This document shows positions 20,212 through 30,377 of a stretch of DNA of 64,000 nt, one piece after another. Source of the stretch: Candidatus Kapaibacterium sp. (GTDB lineage: Bacteria > Bacteroidota > Ignavibacteria > Kapaibacteriales > UBA2268). Both the position numbers and the translations under genes were made by a program. The notes beneath the pieces were generated by a model that saw only the letters and a list, made by a program, of their open reading frames with translations, was not told where the DNA came from and ran no database searches. Each line of letters starts with the position of its first letter. The stretch's first letter is position 1. Location of the stretch: assembly GCA_938031175.1 (NCBI GenBank), contig CALHGZ010000004.1, positions 67,635 through 131,634 on the forward strand, written 5' to 3'.

Positions 20212-21396
20212 ATGAATGACGATTCCTATGGTATGGGTACAAAATGTGTACATTCAGGTATCAAAGATGATCCGACAGGTGCAGTAGTAACACCAATATA
20301 CCAGACTTCGACTTTTAAATTTCGTGATACTGAACACGGAGCACGTCTTTTCAAAGGTGAGGAGCAAGGATATATTTATACTCGGATGCGTAATCCAACG
20401 ATTGAAGCAATGGAAGATGCTATTGCCAATTTAGAGGGTGGAGCAAAAGCAATTGGATGCGCCAGTGGAATGGCTGCTATTAACTTGCTTTTTAGTTCTA
20501 CTCTTACTGCTGGTGATCATATCATTTGTAGCGAAGCAGTTTATGGTCCAACTATTTCAATTTTACAAACTCTTTTCGCTAAATATGGAGTAGAAGTATC
20601 TATAATTGATACATCAGATGTATCATTAGTCAAATCAGCAATAAGAAATAATACGAAATTAATCTTTATAGAAACACCAGGAAATCCAAGTCTTATCATA
20701 AGCGATATTCAGGCGATTTCAGAAATTGCCAGTTCTATCAATGCAAAGTTAGCTGTTGACAATACATTTATGAGCCCAATTTTGCAACAACCTTTCAAAT
20801 TTGGAGCTGATTATGTCATTCATAGTTTGACAAAATTTCTTAATGGACATGCTGATGTCATAGGCGGTGTAGTTGTTTTAAAAAAAGAATCGGAATACAT
20901 TCATTTTAGAAAAATGTCGAATTTAATAGGTGGAGTTATAGATCCATTTAATGCATTTTTGGTTCATCGTGGTATCAAGACATTGCATATACGCATGCAA
21001 AGACATTGCGAAAATGCTGAAAAAATTAGTACTTATTTAAAAAATAATCCAAAAGTAATTTGGGTTCATTATCCTGGAGATAAGAATCATCCGCAATATG
21101 AAATCGCACGAAAACAAATGACTGGTTTTGGTGGTATGATAGCATTTGAGTTAAAAGGTGGTCTGGAAGCCGGCAAGAAATTGATGGATAATGTTAAAGT
21201 TTGGCAGTTGGCTGTCAGCTTAGGTGGAGTGGAAAGTTTAATTCAGCATCCTGCTACAATGACACATGCAAGCGTTCCAAAAGAGCTGAGAGAAAAGGCA
21301 AAAATCACTGACGGACTTGTACGATTATCTGTAGGAATAGAAGATGCTGATGATTTAATTAATGGTTTAGAATCAGGATTTAGACACATTACCTGA
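20212..21396 (+). CDS. Cys/Met-metabolism PLP-dependent enzyme (methionine γ-lyase / cystathionine γ-synthase family)
   Basis: 394 aa. PLP-lysine context SLTKFLNGHADVIGG and family-wide conserved blocks. GGAG RBS. Confidence 0.75.
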   Translation: MNDDSYGMGTKCVHSGIKDDPTGAVVTPIYQTSTFKFRDTEHGARLFKGEEQGYIYTRMRNPTIEAMEDAIANLEGGAKAIGCASGMAAINLLFSSTLTAGDHIICSEAVYGPTISILQTLFAKYGVEVSIIDTSDVSLVKSAIRNNTKLIFIETPGNPSLIISDIQAISEIASSINAKLAVDNTFMSPILQQPFKFGADYVIHSLTKFLNGHADVIGGVVVLKKESEYIHFRKMSNLIGGVIDPFNAFLVHRGIKTLHIRMQRHCENAEKISTYLKNNPKVIWVHYPGDKNHPQYEIARKQMTGFGGMIAFELKGGLEAGKKLMDNVKVWQLAVSLGGVESLIQHPATMTHASVPKELREKAKITDGLVRLSVGIEDADDLINGLESGFRHIT

Positions 21397-21683
21397 AATC
21401 AAAGTTCAAAATTTATAATGTTACTACAAATTTTAAGTTCACATATTTAAAAGTATAATTGTTGAGGATTTTAATTCATCATTATTTAGCTATTAAAAAT
21501 TATATATTTAAAAGGCAAGCACATCAGATATGTCCTCTTAATTTAATTTTTCTTTGGATAATTCACTATTAGTTTGAAATTGTATATTGAAAAAGCAATA
21601 CAATTAATACGTGTTTTTTGGTATTGCTATCATAGTTTGTTAAACTTAATTTTGCTATATGCAGTTTTATTTAGAGTCATGAA

Positions 21684-23057
21684 ATGAGACGAATATTTGC
21701 AACAATATCAAATTACAGTTTTTATTTATTATTTTTGTTAGCGATAATACTTATATCCTGCGAGAATACAGGTCCGGTTGATAATGAAATTGAAGAACTT
21801 AGTCGGGAATTGACTAAACTTTTAATTCAGGAATCTGATGGTAAAGGTTTAATTTTTTTTACTATGCCAAATTCTGATGAATATTCTAAGATACCTCAAG
21901 ACCCTAAAAATCCGATTACTAAAGAAAAAGTCGAACTTGGTAAACAATTGTTTCATGAAACCTGCATATCGGTAAAAGTAAAAAATTCAAAGACAATGAT
22001 GCATTCTTCATGTGCAAGTTGTCATCATTTTCAAGGTGGATTTCAAGCGAATCTACCCCAAGGTATTGGTGTTGGTGGGATTGGTTTTGGCAAGCGTGGG
22101 GAAGGTAGAACAATAGATCCTGAAATTAATATTGATGAAGTTGATATTCAACCAATACGAACACCATCAGCAATGAATGTTGCCTGGCAGAGAAATATGT
22201 TATGGAACGGACAATTTGGTGCTACTGGATTAAATGTTGGTACTGAATATGCTTGGGTTGTTGGAACACCTAAAGAATTTAATAAACTAGGATATGAGGG
22301 TATAGAAACACAAGCGATTGCAGGTCAATCGGTTCATTTTATGAAAATTGAAGAATCAATGATAATAGCCCATCCTCAGTATATTAAAATGTTTAAAGAA
22401 GCTTTTCCTAATGACCCTGAAAAGACACTGGTGAACAGAATAAATATGGGATTGGCAATTGCGGCTTACGAGAGAACTCTAATGGCGAATCAATCTCCGT
22501 TTCAAATTTGGTTAAAAGGAAATAAATTTGCAATGACTAAGGAAGAATTAAGAGGTGCAATATTATTCTTTGGTAAAGCTAAATGTGTAAAATGTCATAC
22601 TGGACCTGCCCTAAATTCAGAGAACTTCTATGCTCTTGGACTTAAAGATCTTGAGGGACCTGGTGTATATGGCACTGTAAAAGGGCGTCCTGAAACAAAA
22701 GGTAGAGGCGGTTTTACTGGTAAGGCTGAAGATATGTATAAATTTAAAGTCCCACAATTATATAATCTCAAGGATTCTCCATTTCTGGGACATGGCAGTT
22801 CGATTCGTTCAATCAGGGATTTTGTCAAATATATGAATGAAGCAATTCCAGAAAATAATGAGGTTCCCAAGGGACAACTTGCAAATGAGTTTGTTCCTCT
22901 TGGATTGACTGAACGAGAAATTGATTACCTAACTGTCTTCATTGAAAATGCTCTTTATGACAATAATTTACAGAGATATGTGCCGTCAGTTTTACTCTCA
23001 GGATTTTGTTTTCCGAATAATGACTACCAATCACAAAGAGATTTAGGATGCAGATAA
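21684..23057 (+). CDS. Di-haem cytochrome c peroxidase (CCP/MauG family)
   Basis: Two CxxCH haem-binding motifs (CASCH, CVKCH). Signal-anchor N-terminus. 457 aa. Confidence 0.7.
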   Translation: MRRIFATISNYSFYLLFLLAIILISCENTGPVDNEIEELSRELTKLLIQESDGKGLIFFTMPNSDEYSKIPQDPKNPITKEKVELGKQLFHETCISVKVKNSKTMMHSSCASCHHFQGGFQANLPQGIGVGGIGFGKRGEGRTIDPEINIDEVDIQPIRTPSAMNVAWQRNMLWNGQFGATGLNVGTEYAWVVGTPKEFNKLGYEGIETQAIAGQSVHFMKIEESMIIAHPQYIKMFKEAFPNDPEKTLVNRINMGLAIAAYERTLMANQSPFQIWLKGNKFAMTKEELRGAILFFGKAKCVKCHTGPALNSENFYALGLKDLEGPGVYGTVKGRPETKGRGGFTGKAEDMYKFKVPQLYNLKDSPFLGHGSSIRSIRDFVKYMNEAIPENNEVPKGQLANEFVPLGLTEREIDYLTVFIENALYDNNLQRYVPSVLLSGFCFPNNDYQSQRDLGCR

Positions 23058-23058
23058 G

Positions 23059-23913
23059 TTATTTCCAGAACTCTAAGTAATCTATGACAAATTTATCAAA
23101 ATTTATTGGTTCTCTGCCGAGGATTGATTTTACATCGTTTGTAATTATTTCTGTATATCCTTGCTTTACAAAATTATATAGTTCTATCATTGTTTCGGTC
23201 ATTTCATTCGTATAACCAATTTTTGTAAATAAATCCCTTGCTTCCTCATCAGTAAGTGCGTGGTATTGAACATCTTTACCAAGAGCATCGGAAATCTTTT
23301 TGGCAACTTCAAAATGACTCAAAGCTTCAGGACCAGTAAGTGTATAGGCTTTATTAATGTGTCGTTCATCCAATAATGCTTCATAGGCGCATTCTGAGAT
23401 ATCACGTGTATCTATAAAGCTTGTTTTAGAATTGCCTGCAGGTAGATAGATTCCACCTAGATTTTTTATTGCAGCACCGTGGAATTTGACAAAATTTTGC
23501 ATAAACCAGTTTGGACGAAGAAAAGTATAATTAAATCCGCTTTCTTCAATATGCTTTTCCATTTGACGTAGTGGTGCATCTTCATTATGTTCAACTCCCA
23601 TTGCTGTCATAAAAACGATATGTTTGGTACCATTCGATTTAGCTTTATCTAAAAATGATTTGAAATTTTGAATAAAATCATAGGTGTAGTTTGGAAGTAT
23701 AGTGAAAATTTTTTCGATATTTTCGAGTGCATCCGTATGAGTTTCTGGTTTTTCAAAATCGAGGACAACGGTATCTAATCCATCCCATCCGAGTTCTTTT
23801 GCTTTGTCTAAATTGCGAAGGGCGATCCGGAAATCCTGGTTTGTTTCTTTAAGTATGTTGACTAAAACTGATGAAACCGTGCCTGAAGCTGCTGTAACCA
23901 AAATTTTACCCAT
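23059..23913 (-). CDS. NmrA-like NAD(P)-binding oxidoreductase (atypical SDR)
   Basis: N-terminal Rossmann motif ILVTAASGTVSS. 284 aa. Confidence 0.55.
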   Translation of the reverse strand: MGKILVTAASGTVSSVLVNILKETNQDFRIALRNLDKAKELGWDGLDTVVLDFEKPETHTDALENIEKIFTILPNYTYDFIQNFKSFLDKAKSNGTKHIVFMTAMGVEHNEDAPLRQMEKHIEESGFNYTFLRPNWFMQNFVKFHGAAIKNLGGIYLPAGNSKTSFIDTRDISECAYEALLDERHINKAYTLTGPEALSHFEVAKKISDALGKDVQYHALTDEEARDLFTKIGYTNEMTETMIELYNFVKQGYTEIITNDVKSILGREPINFDKFVIDYLEFWK

Positions 23914-24070
23914 AATGAAATTCCTTAATTTTTGGGAAATGTTAATGTTAATTTTAGGTTTTGATTTTTTAATTAATTAAATTTAGTTTCTAAAATTAAT
24001 AAAAAAAAATAATTCAATCCAAACGATTTATATTAATTCGCGAAACAGATATTTAAAATAAAATAATGGT

Positions 24071-26431
24071 ATGATAAAATTTTTAAGAAAAGTTGAAATT
24101 ATTTTTTTTCTGTTAGTTTACTTGCCGATAAATTTAATATGCCAGAATGAAGCTAATAATTGGGTATTTGGGAATGGTTGCGGTGTTTCATTTAATCAAA
24201 CACCACCAGTTACTTTCTACAATTCAATTAATTCAATTGAAGGTTGTGCTTCAATATCCGATAGTGACGGGAATTTGATTTTTTATACTGATGGTGTTCG
24301 TATTTGGGATAGAAATAACAATTTAATGAATAATGGCAAGGATTTATCTGGGCATACATCAGCTACTCAAAGTGCTTTAATAATTCCAAAACCACTTAAA
24401 ACAAATGAATATTATATTCTTACTCTTGAGGCTTTAGAAAGCGAAAATATTAGATTGCATTATTCAATAGTTGACATAAATTTAAACAATGGATATGGTG
24501 ATGTAATAGTCAAAAACCATTATTTGACGGACAATTTAACAGAAAAACTTTGTGGTACGAGACACTCCAATGGTTTGTATTACTGGTTTGTTGTACATAA
24601 GTGGGAAAGCAATGAATTTCACTCTTATCTTTTAACCAGAGATGGTATAAATTTAACTCCTATAATAAGTAAAATTGGTAGCTTCCATAATGGGTCGATG
24701 TTAAATAAGCTCGGATATATGAAAATTTCGCCGAATGGTGAAAAATTAGCTTTAGCGGTTTTTGACGATAGCTTTGTCGAAATTTTTGATTTTGATAAAT
24801 CAAGCGGGAGAATACTAAATCCTGTCAAAATTCAAATGAATGGGTTAAAAGGAATTTATGGAATTGAATTTTCTCCAGATTCAAAAATGCTTTATGTTTC
24901 AACTTCCCTTACTCCATCGGCAATTTTCCAACTTGATTTAAGCACTTACCAAGAGAATGCAATTAAGAATTCGATTAAGAAAATAAGTTTTGATGTTAAC
25001 TTTCTTTTTGGAGCATTGCAATTAGCACCTGATGGGAAAATTTATGTAGCTAACAAACTTCGCCAATACTTGAGTGCAATAGATATACCAGACTCTTTGA
25101 ATTGTAGCTTTACATTGAATGCACTTTTTTTGGGTAATAATTGTCAATTAGGTTTACCAGCCTTTGTATCGAATATATTCCAAAAAGTTTCTTTAACTGC
25201 CAATAGCCCATTATGTATTGGAGATACTTTATTTCTTAATTGCCTTAACTGTGAAAATTACCAATTGCAATGGATTGGACCAGATAATTTCAATTCTAAT
25301 GATAAAAATCCTATAATAATTAATTTTAACGAAAAAAATGTTGGTATGTACTATCTAAAGCTCATAAGCAATGATGGCAAAGAAATAATTCTAAGCATCA
25401 ATGTTGAGCTTTATAATTTCGAGGTGACAATAACCGATAATAGTTCCTTGGATTTGAACAAAGTTTGTCTTGGGATGGAGAAAAGTAAAATAATTCAAAT
25501 AAAAAATGACAGCAAATTCAATATTGTAATAGACAAAATCAGATTAAAAAATGCTAATAATTATTTTTTGATTGATAATCCCAATGAAATAAGTTTAAAT
25601 GCCTTTGAAAAATTCGATTTGAATGTTACTTTTAAACCATTGAGTATTGGTAAAGTAAAGGATACCTTAATTATTTCAGTTGAATCACCCTGCAAGGAAA
25701 TTTATGAATTCGAGGTCTTGGGCGAGGGCCTTGACTCAAAGTCTTATATAAGAATTCCGAACAATTATTATTACTCAATAGGAACAAAAGACACTTGTTT
25801 ACAAATATTTGCAAATTTAAATTGTTTGGAAGATATATTCAATGATGTTGATTACGAAATTACAGTTGCTCTCAATCCTTACGTTTTTTTAATCAAATCA
25901 ATCCAAGAATCTGAATTAATTGAAAATACAATCATAAATGGCGTCCAGTACATAAAAATTAAAGGTACGGTCAAACAAATTGATTCTAATGAGAGAGTAA
26001 TCGCATATCTATGCGGAGATGCATTATTAGGCAATAACGACACGACTTCGGTATTTATAGAGGAGTTTAAATGGTCGAACGAATTTATCGATAAAATTAC
26101 AATAAATGGCTTTATAAGAGTTGGAGATATTTGCCAATCCAATCTTAGACTAATTAAAAAAATTAAAGAAAGTGAAATAATCATCCTAAGTAATATAGTT
26201 AACTACAACTTGAACTTGTTATTAAAATCAGAACAATCAAATGATTTTTTTGTCCGAATTTATGATGTAAATACAAATATCGTTTTTTCGGATAAGATTT
26301 CCCAGTCGCACTCAGATCCTGAATATACTTTAATATCACTACCTACAGCCAATTTATCCAACGGAATATATTTTTTAACTATTCAGACTGCAAATAATCT
26401 TATAAGTGAGAGATTTATCATTTTGAAATAA
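24071..26431 (+). CDS. Secreted T9SS-cargo protein (C-terminal Por sorting domain), function unknown
   Basis: Signal peptide. 786 aa. C-terminal …NGIYFLTIQTANNLISERFIILK resembles the type-A T9SS CTD. Confidence 0.55.
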   Translation: MIKFLRKVEIIFFLLVYLPINLICQNEANNWVFGNGCGVSFNQTPPVTFYNSINSIEGCASISDSDGNLIFYTDGVRIWDRNNNLMNNGKDLSGHTSATQSALIIPKPLKTNEYYILTLEALESENIRLHYSIVDINLNNGYGDVIVKNHYLTDNLTEKLCGTRHSNGLYYWFVVHKWESNEFHSYLLTRDGINLTPIISKIGSFHNGSMLNKLGYMKISPNGEKLALAVFDDSFVEIFDFDKSSGRILNPVKIQMNGLKGIYGIEFSPDSKMLYVSTSLTPSAIFQLDLSTYQENAIKNSIKKISFDVNFLFGALQLAPDGKIYVANKLRQYLSAIDIPDSLNCSFTLNALFLGNNCQLGLPAFVSNIFQKVSLTANSPLCIGDTLFLNCLNCENYQLQWIGPDNFNSNDKNPIIINFNEKNVGMYYLKLISNDGKEIILSINVELYNFEVTITDNSSLDLNKVCLGMEKSKIIQIKNDSKFNIVIDKIRLKNANNYFLIDNPNEISLNAFEKFDLNVTFKPLSIGKVKDTLIISVESPCKEIYEFEVLGEGLDSKSYIRIPNNYYYSIGTKDTCLQIFANLNCLEDIFNDVDYEITVALNPYVFLIKSIQESELIENTIINGVQYIKIKGTVKQIDSNERVIAYLCGDALLGNNDTTSVFIEEFKWSNEFIDKITINGFIRVGDICQSNLRLIKKIKESEIIILSNIVNYNLNLLLKSEQSNDFFVRIYDVNTNIVFSDKISQSHSDPEYTLISLPTANLSNGIYFLTIQTANNLISERFIILK

Positions 26432-26519
26432 ATCATAACCCTTCATTGTGACTTATAATGATTATTTCAATTAATTTTTTTAATTTGCTCATTATAAAGC
26501 AACACAATAAGGTGCAAAC

Positions 26520-27149
26520 ATGAGAATATTAATTTTATCTTTTATATTAATTACAATACATTCCCAAATTTATGCACTACAAGAGGGATATATACAAACT
26601 GCATATAATGCAATTTTAGAAAAGAATTATAAAAAAGCAGTTGAAAATTATACAAAAGTAATTGAGAATCAGCCTGATTATGCACCTGCATATTATGGAC
26701 GTGGTCTTGCATATTATTACATGGATAATCTTAACCAATCTCAGAAAGATTTTTTAAAAGCTATTCAAATTGACAAAAATTATTATGAAGCATATTATGG
26801 TCTTGGAATACTCAATGCAAAGCAAGGAGAATATCAAAATGCAATAAATAATTTCAATCGTGCAATTGAAATAAATAAAAACTACGCCCCAGCTATCTAT
26901 GCACGTGGTAATGCCTACTATTCAATAAATGAATTAGATAAAGCAATTGGTGATTATAACAAAGCTATTGAAATTGATCCTAATTATGGGTTGGCTTATT
27001 ATGGCAGAGCAATTATACATAAAATACAAGATAGACAATCTTTAGCATTACAGGATTTTGATAAATATCTCGAATTAAATGGCAATCGGGATGGTCTAGC
27101 TGATGAAGTTCAGAGATTGATAAAAGAAATAAAGGAAAGTAAAAGATAA
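26520..27149 (+). CDS. TPR-repeat protein (secreted)
   Basis: Signal peptide. Five-plus 34-aa repeats with AYYGRGLAYY / AYYGLG / AIYARGNAYY patterns. Confidence 0.7.
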   Translation: MRILILSFILITIHSQIYALQEGYIQTAYNAILEKNYKKAVENYTKVIENQPDYAPAYYGRGLAYYYMDNLNQSQKDFLKAIQIDKNYYEAYYGLGILNAKQGEYQNAINNFNRAIEINKNYAPAIYARGNAYYSINELDKAIGDYNKAIEIDPNYGLAYYGRAIIHKIQDRQSLALQDFDKYLELNGNRDGLADEVQRLIKEIKESKR

Positions 27150-27163
27150 AATTTATTCAATTT

Positions 27164-28861
27164 ATGGATTGTTTTATGCCTGTGAGAATTTGCTTTGTTA
27201 TTTTATTGATTAACTTTTACAATACTTTTTCCCAAGAATTTGGTGGTCGCCTCTCTGGAAATTTTCAAATAGATGCACAATCATACAGTCTGGATTCGAG
27301 TATTGGCGCCGTGGATATACCTAAAGAAAAAATAATGTCCAACAGTTTTTTCAACCTACTTTACAATCTTCAGAATTTTGAAATTGGTCTTCGTTATGAG
27401 GCATATCATAATCCAATTCTTGGATTTGATACAAGGTATGCTGGAAATGGGATTCCATACAGATATTTGACTTATCGTTCAGAATTATTTGATATTACAG
27501 CCGGAGATTTTTACGAGCAATTCGGCAGCGGATTAATTTTCCGAGCTTATGAAGAAAGGCAACTTGGATTTGACAATGCTGTAGATGGTTTGCGATTAAA
27601 GTTGCGTCCAACGGAAGCTATTGATTTGGTTTTGCTAATTGGTAAACAGAGAAATTTCTGGTCTAAAGGTGAAGGAATAGTTAGGGGAGCAAGTGTCAAT
27701 TTTATACTCAATTCTTTTCTAGATTTCTTATCCGAAGATGCTTTAATAAATGTAGGTGGAAGTCTAATTAGTAAATATGAACCTGATTTTTCAACAACAT
27801 ATAAGTTACCTGAAAATGTTTTGGCTTATGCTATTGATTTTAGTTTAAATGGTAGTTTTTATTCTTTAACGAGTGAATGGGCTTTTAAAATAAATGACCC
27901 TAATGCTACGAATAATTTTAATTATAATCCGGGTACGGGATTAATTTTAAATGCTACATATTTTGAAGAAGGAATTGGTGTAGCATTTAATTTTCATAGA
28001 GTTGATAATATGGATTTCCGAAGTAAAAGAACTGCTATTGGAAATGAATTGAATTTAAGTTTTATACCCCCTCTTACGAAACAACAAATGTATCGATTTG
28101 GAACGCTTTATCCTTATGCTTCACAAGCTAATGGAGAAATCGGTTATCAATTTGAGCTTAATTATAATATACCTCCTCATAGTCTTTTAGGTGGAGATTA
28201 TGGTATGGATATATCTTTGAATCATTCTTCAATTTTTTCACTCGATACAACACATACTGAAATTGATACAATTACAGGTTTTGCCTTTCGTTACGACTCA
28301 CCTTTTTGGGCTGCCGGTGATGCTGTTTTTTACAGAGATTTTAATGTTGAATTAATTAGAAGATGGAGCGATAAATTTAAAACAACTTTTAATTATGTAA
28401 ATTTTAAATATAACAGAGATGTTCTTGAAAATGAAGGACAGCCTTTTTATGGAATAGTTAACGGGAATATATTTATTGGGGACTTTTTGTATCAAATTTC
28501 CGAAAAACACTCGTTGCGATTTGAAATTGAGTATCTTACGACAAAACAAGATTCTTTATTTAAAGATAAAGATTTTAGCTATGGAAATTGGCTTATGATC
28601 TTAATAGAGTATTCCATAGCACCAAATTTTTTCATTTCTTTTTGGGATGAGTATAATTATTTTGACGAAACCGGAAGAAATGGAGAGCAAGTAAGTCGAA
28701 GTCTGCACTATTTGAATGGATTATTCGCCTTTATTACTGGTACAACTCGGATTAGCATAGGTTACGGTCGTCAAAGAGGTGGCTTAATTTGTGTTGGTGG
28801 TGTATGCCGACAAGTGCCTTCATCAAATGGATTTAATTTATCAATCAGTTCATCATTTTAA
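27164..28861 (+). CDS. Putative outer-membrane β-barrel protein (DUF6029-like?)
   Basis: 565 aa. Signal peptide. Alternating aromatic/Gly-rich strands. C-terminal …LSISSSF. Confidence 0.35.
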   Translation: MDCFMPVRICFVILLINFYNTFSQEFGGRLSGNFQIDAQSYSLDSSIGAVDIPKEKIMSNSFFNLLYNLQNFEIGLRYEAYHNPILGFDTRYAGNGIPYRYLTYRSELFDITAGDFYEQFGSGLIFRAYEERQLGFDNAVDGLRLKLRPTEAIDLVLLIGKQRNFWSKGEGIVRGASVNFILNSFLDFLSEDALINVGGSLISKYEPDFSTTYKLPENVLAYAIDFSLNGSFYSLTSEWAFKINDPNATNNFNYNPGTGLILNATYFEEGIGVAFNFHRVDNMDFRSKRTAIGNELNLSFIPPLTKQQMYRFGTLYPYASQANGEIGYQFELNYNIPPHSLLGGDYGMDISLNHSSIFSLDTTHTEIDTITGFAFRYDSPFWAAGDAVFYRDFNVELIRRWSDKFKTTFNYVNFKYNRDVLENEGQPFYGIVNGNIFIGDFLYQISEKHSLRFEIEYLTTKQDSLFKDKDFSYGNWLMILIEYSIAPNFFISFWDEYNYFDETGRNGEQVSRSLHYLNGLFAFITGTTRISIGYGRQRGGLICVGGVCRQVPSSNGFNLSISSSF

Positions 28862-28869
28862 GGTATAAA

Positions 28870-29736
28870 ATGTTTCGATTCAAATATATTGCTTTTATCC
28901 TAACAATGATCACAATAGCTTTAAATTCTTGTGATGTAATTGAACCACCATATAGAAAAGACAGTCAATCTGGAAATAGCCAACCTAAGGAGATTAAACA
29001 AGGTATTTTAATTGAAGATTTTACAGGACATACTTGTGTGAACTGCCCTGATGCTCATAGGATTGCAAAATCAATTTATGATAAATATCCAGATCAAGTA
29101 GTTATTCTCTCAATTCACGTTGGCAGCTTTGCCGAACCAACTAAAGATCATCCATACGATTTTAGAACATCAGTTGGTAATACAATAGGAGATTTTTTTA
29201 ATGCCACTAATGCACCGTTACCTGTCGGTATGATTAATAGAATTATGAAAGGTAATACAAGACTTATTCAAAGGTTTGATTGGGAATCCGAGGTAGAAAA
29301 ACTCATTAATTATGTTCCAGCTATGAAAATAAAAATTTCACCTAAGTTTAATGCAGAAATTAATGAGATCACTGTTGATACAGAAGTCGAATATTTTAGA
29401 AATAGCCCCCCAAATCATCGATTAATATTGTTTATTGCCGAAGATAGCATAGTTTCTTTTCAGAAAGGCAAACCCGATAAAGAGGATTATGTGCATAACC
29501 ACGTTCTACGTGCATCTATAACTAATCCCTGGGGGGAAATAATTAGCAATCAAGAGATTAAACAGGGTGCAATATTCAAAAGACAATTCAAATATATTAT
29601 TCCTCCGGAGCACTCAACTAAAGGGCTGATGTATTATTGGAGACCAGAAAAATTAAATATTATAGCAATAATACATGATTATGAAGCTTCATATAATGTA
29701 TTAAATGTTACCGAAAAAGCTCTTATTATCGATTAG
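28870..29736 (+). CDS. Thioredoxin-fold lipoprotein with CxxC (Omp28-related?)
   Basis: Lipobox …LNSC. CVNCP redox-type motif. Starts 8 nt after the preceding gene. Confidence 0.35.
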   Translation: MFRFKYIAFILTMITIALNSCDVIEPPYRKDSQSGNSQPKEIKQGILIEDFTGHTCVNCPDAHRIAKSIYDKYPDQVVILSIHVGSFAEPTKDHPYDFRTSVGNTIGDFFNATNAPLPVGMINRIMKGNTRLIQRFDWESEVEKLINYVPAMKIKISPKFNAEINEITVDTEVEYFRNSPPNHRLILFIAEDSIVSFQKGKPDKEDYVHNHVLRASITNPWGEIISNQEIKQGAIFKRQFKYIIPPEHSTKGLMYYWRPEKLNIIAIIHDYEASYNVLNVTEKALIID

Positions 29737-29739
29737 GCA

Positions 29740-30099
29740 ATGAATTCTAACTCTCACATATATACTAAATTTTGTCAATGTTGTAATAATCCAATCTCTG
29801 AAAATGATTTGGAATGTCCTTTCTGTGGTTGCGAAGTTGATATTGATGAGGAATTTTATTCAAATTACCCTTGGGCTTTAGTATATACTACTAATACTTT
29901 AATCGAAGCAGAAATGTATAAAGCAAATTTGGAAGGAGCTGGAATACCTGTTAATATATTATCGCAGGTGGATACCTCAAGAATGTTTACTGTGGGTGGA
30001 TTGGCAATTGTAAAAATTTATGTAAAAAGCCCTTTTGTAACATTAGCCGAGCAGATTATCAAGGAAATTAATTCGTCAGTTAATCACAATTCAAATTAG
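29740..30099 (+). CDS. Zinc-ribbon + DUF2007-like small protein
   Basis: N-terminal CQCC…CPFCGC four-Cys cluster. The remainder resembles the DUF2007 signal-transducing-like fold. 119 aa. Confidence 0.35.
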   Translation: MNSNSHIYTKFCQCCNNPISENDLECPFCGCEVDIDEEFYSNYPWALVYTTNTLIEAEMYKANLEGAGIPVNILSQVDTSRMFTVGGLAIVKIYVKSPFVTLAEQIIKEINSSVNHNSN

Positions 30100-30115
30100 A
30101 AATAATAGGTGTATA

Positions 30116-30361
30116 ATGAATACTAATGATTCAGTTTTATTTGAAAATGTTAAACAAGTGATCGATAAAGAAATCAAGCCTTTTATAGAAGCTGATGGTG
30201 GTATGATAAATCTTCGGAATGTTCAAGCTGGTGTTGTATATGTGCAATTGTCTGGTGCTTGTGCGGGATGTCCCGGTGCAGCGATGACTTTGAAAGGTGG
30301 AGTTGAACATATTTTAAAGATGAGAATTCCCGATGTAAAATCTGTTGAGCTTGCTTATTGA
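30116..30361 (+). CDS. NifU-like (Nfu) Fe-S cluster scaffold domain protein
   Basis: 81 aa. GACAGCPGAAMTLKGGVE is the NifU C-terminal CxxC motif. Confidence 0.7.
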   Translation: MNTNDSVLFENVKQVIDKEIKPFIEADGGMINLRNVQAGVVYVQLSGACAGCPGAAMTLKGGVEHILKMRIPDVKSVELAY

Positions 30362-30377
30362 TATAATTATTTAACAA

